Virus record (IMG/VR): IMGVR_UViG_3300021964_000101
Coordinates: 1-51,271 of that record
DNA from: a virus
Lineage: Duplodnaviria; Caudoviricetes
Length of the DNA stretch: 51,271 nt
Direction: 5' to 3' (one strand)
In this document: one piece after another, positions 49,535 to 51,271 of the stretch
Position numbering within the stretch: the stretch's first letter is position 1
Layout: each line of letters opens with the position of its first letter
Translations under genes and position numbers: made by a program
The notes under the pieces: generated by a model
Databases searched by the model: none
Told to the model about the DNA's origin: nothing
Seen by the model: the letters and a program-made list of their open reading frames with translations, nothing else

Positions 49535-51271
49535 ATGGGAACAACATATACAAGACAAGAATCAGCAAATATTACTGACGGCTCGGTCATTGAGGCTACT
49601 CATTTTAATAATGAGTTTAATCAATTAGAGTCGGCTTTTGCCGCTAGTACAGGTCATACACACGATGGAACAACAGGAGAAGGTGGGCCAATAACAAAAT
49701 TATTAGGCACATCAATAACTATTGGTGATGCAACAGCGGCTACAGATATAGCTGTAACATTTGACGGAGAAACAAATGATGGTTTATTAACATGGATGGA
49801 AGATGAGGATTATTTTAAATTCTCTGATGATATTCTTATTAATACTACTGAAAAATTACAATTTAGAGATACTGCTCTTTATATTAATTCATCTGTGGAT
49901 GGTCAACTTGATATTGTAGCAGATACTGAAGTTCAAATAGCAACTACAACTCTCGATATTAATGCAGACGCAGATGTATCGGGAACATTAACATATGGAA
50001 GTTTATCAGATGGTAGTATAACTATTACTGCATTTGTTGATGAAGATGATATGACATCTGATTCTGCAACATTAGTTCCAACTCAACAATCAGTAAAAGC
50101 GTACGTGGATGCCCAAATAACTGCGGCTGACCTAGATTTTCAAGGTGATTCTGGAGGGGCATTATCTATTGACCTTGACAGTGAAGTTTTAGATATTGCA
50201 GGTGGAACTGGTATTGATACTTCTGGTTCTGGTAATACACTAACAGTAGCAATAGATTCAACAGTAGCTACTCTTACAGGCTCACAAACTCTTACAAATA
50301 AGACTCTTACAACACCTGTTATTTCAAGTATCTCAAATACAGGTACATTAACTCTTCCAACTTCTACGGATACTTTAGTTGGCAGAGCGACAACTGATAC
50401 ACTAACAAACAAAACATTAACAAGTGCTGTTTTAAATACAAGCGTATCTGGTACAGCCGTATTAGATGAAGATAACATGGCATCTGATTCTGCTACACAA
50501 TTAGCAACACAGCAATCTATTAAAGCATATGTTGATACTCAAGTAGCGGCAGTACCTACAGGTGATATAACTTCTGTTGTTGCCGGTGATGGTTTAACTG
50601 GTGGTGGAACAAGTGGTGATGTAACACTAAACGTTGTTGGAGGTACAGGTATTGATGCTAATGCAGATGATATAGCAATTGACTCTACTGTAACAACATT
50701 AACAGGTTCTCAAACATTAACAAATAAAACTTTAACAAGCCCAGTATTAAATGGCACACTAAGTGGTACAGCATTCTTAGATGAAGATACAATGTCTTCA
50801 GATTCAGCAACGGCTGTAGCGTCACAACAAAGTATTAAAGCATATGTTGACTCGCAAGTAACATCATTTGATACTTTAGCAGAATTAACAGATACTAATA
50901 TAACAACGCCTGCAGATGCTTCTTTATTATTTTATGATACAGGAACATCAAAATGGATTGACAATGTTGTATCGGGAGATATATCTATAGCTGATACTGG
51001 TGTTGCGGCTATTGGTTCTGGTGTTATTGTTAACGATGATGTTAATGCTAGTGCCGCAATAGTATACTCAAAATTAAGTTTATCAGATAGTATTGTTAAT
51101 GCAGATATTAATTCAAGTGCGGCGATTGCTGATTCTAAATTAGATACAATTTCAACAGCAAACAAAGTTTCCGTAGATGCTGTAGACATCGATGGTGCTA
51201 CAGATATAGGAGCAGATTTAACTACATCTGATTTAATAGTAGTAGATGATGGTGCAGGCGGAACAAATAGA
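49535..51271 (+). CDS. long tail fibre protein, truncated at window end (not in ORF track)
   Basis: MGTTYTRQ...NNEFNQL..AF...TGHTHDG N-terminus; repeats DED.M.SDSAT....QQS.KAYVD and TLTNKTLT; no stop seen. Confidence 0.85.
   Translation, partial: MGTTYTRQESANITDGSVIEATHFNNEFNQLESAFAASTGHTHDGTTGEGGPITKLLGTSITIGDATAATDIAVTFDGETNDGLLTWMEDEDYFKFSDDILINTTEKLQFRDTALYINSSVDGQLDIVADTEVQIATTTLDINADADVSGTLTYGSLSDGSITITAFVDEDDMTSDSATLVPTQQSVKAYVDAQITAADLDFQGDSGGALSIDLDSEVLDIAGGTGIDTSGSGNTLTVAIDSTVATLTGSQTLTNKTLTTPVISSISNTGTLTLPTSTDTLVGRATTDTLTNKTLTSAVLNTSVSGTAVLDEDNMASDSATQLATQQSIKAYVDTQVAAVPTGDITSVVAGDGLTGGGTSGDVTLNVVGGTGIDANADDIAIDSTVTTLTGSQTLTNKTLTSPVLNGTLSGTAFLDEDTMSSDSATAVASQQSIKAYVDSQVTSFDTLAELTDTNITTPADASLLFYDTGTSKWIDNVVSGDISIADTGVAAIGSGVIVNDDVNASAAIVYSKLSLSDSIVNADINSSAAIADSKLDTISTANKVSVDAVDIDGATDIGADLTTSDLIVVDDGAGGTNR

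Overview
AT-rich, near-complete and apparently circularly permuted genome of a marine short-tailed dsDNA phage. No integrase, RNA polymerase, tRNA or CRISPR array was seen. Layout: tail-fibre/accessory genes (1-7.4 kb, +), large putative internal virion/ejection proteins (7.4-17.3 kb, +), a membrane/lysis-like cluster (17.3-19.1 kb, +), a leftward replication arm (19.1-27.4 kb, -: primase, helicase, split family A DNA polymerase with a DnaJ-type Zn finger, exonuclease, endonuclease I), a rightward early/accessory region (27.5-34.2 kb), a G/C-tract non-coding region (34.2-34.9 kb), then terminase, portal, scaffold, capsid and tail genes (34.9-51.3 kb, +). The DnaJ-insert polymerase, GcrA-like gene and low GC suggest an HMO-2011/HTVC103P-related phage of Alphaproteobacteria such as SAR11 (inference, no search run). 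The most striking unexplained element is a ~555-nt highly structured putative RNA (29053-29607) with long G-U-containing helices, GAAA tetraloops and a pseudoknot, ending at the RBS of an HNH nuclease gene. Other highlights: a twin covarying hairpin before the scaffold gene, 111-bp terminator-promoter-RBS cassette repeats, mirror-image control regions sharing a TAGCCGACCAAT motif, several small ORFs missing from the ORF track, and apparent avoidance of GATC/GCWGC/CCWGG. All product calls come from motif recognition by eye.
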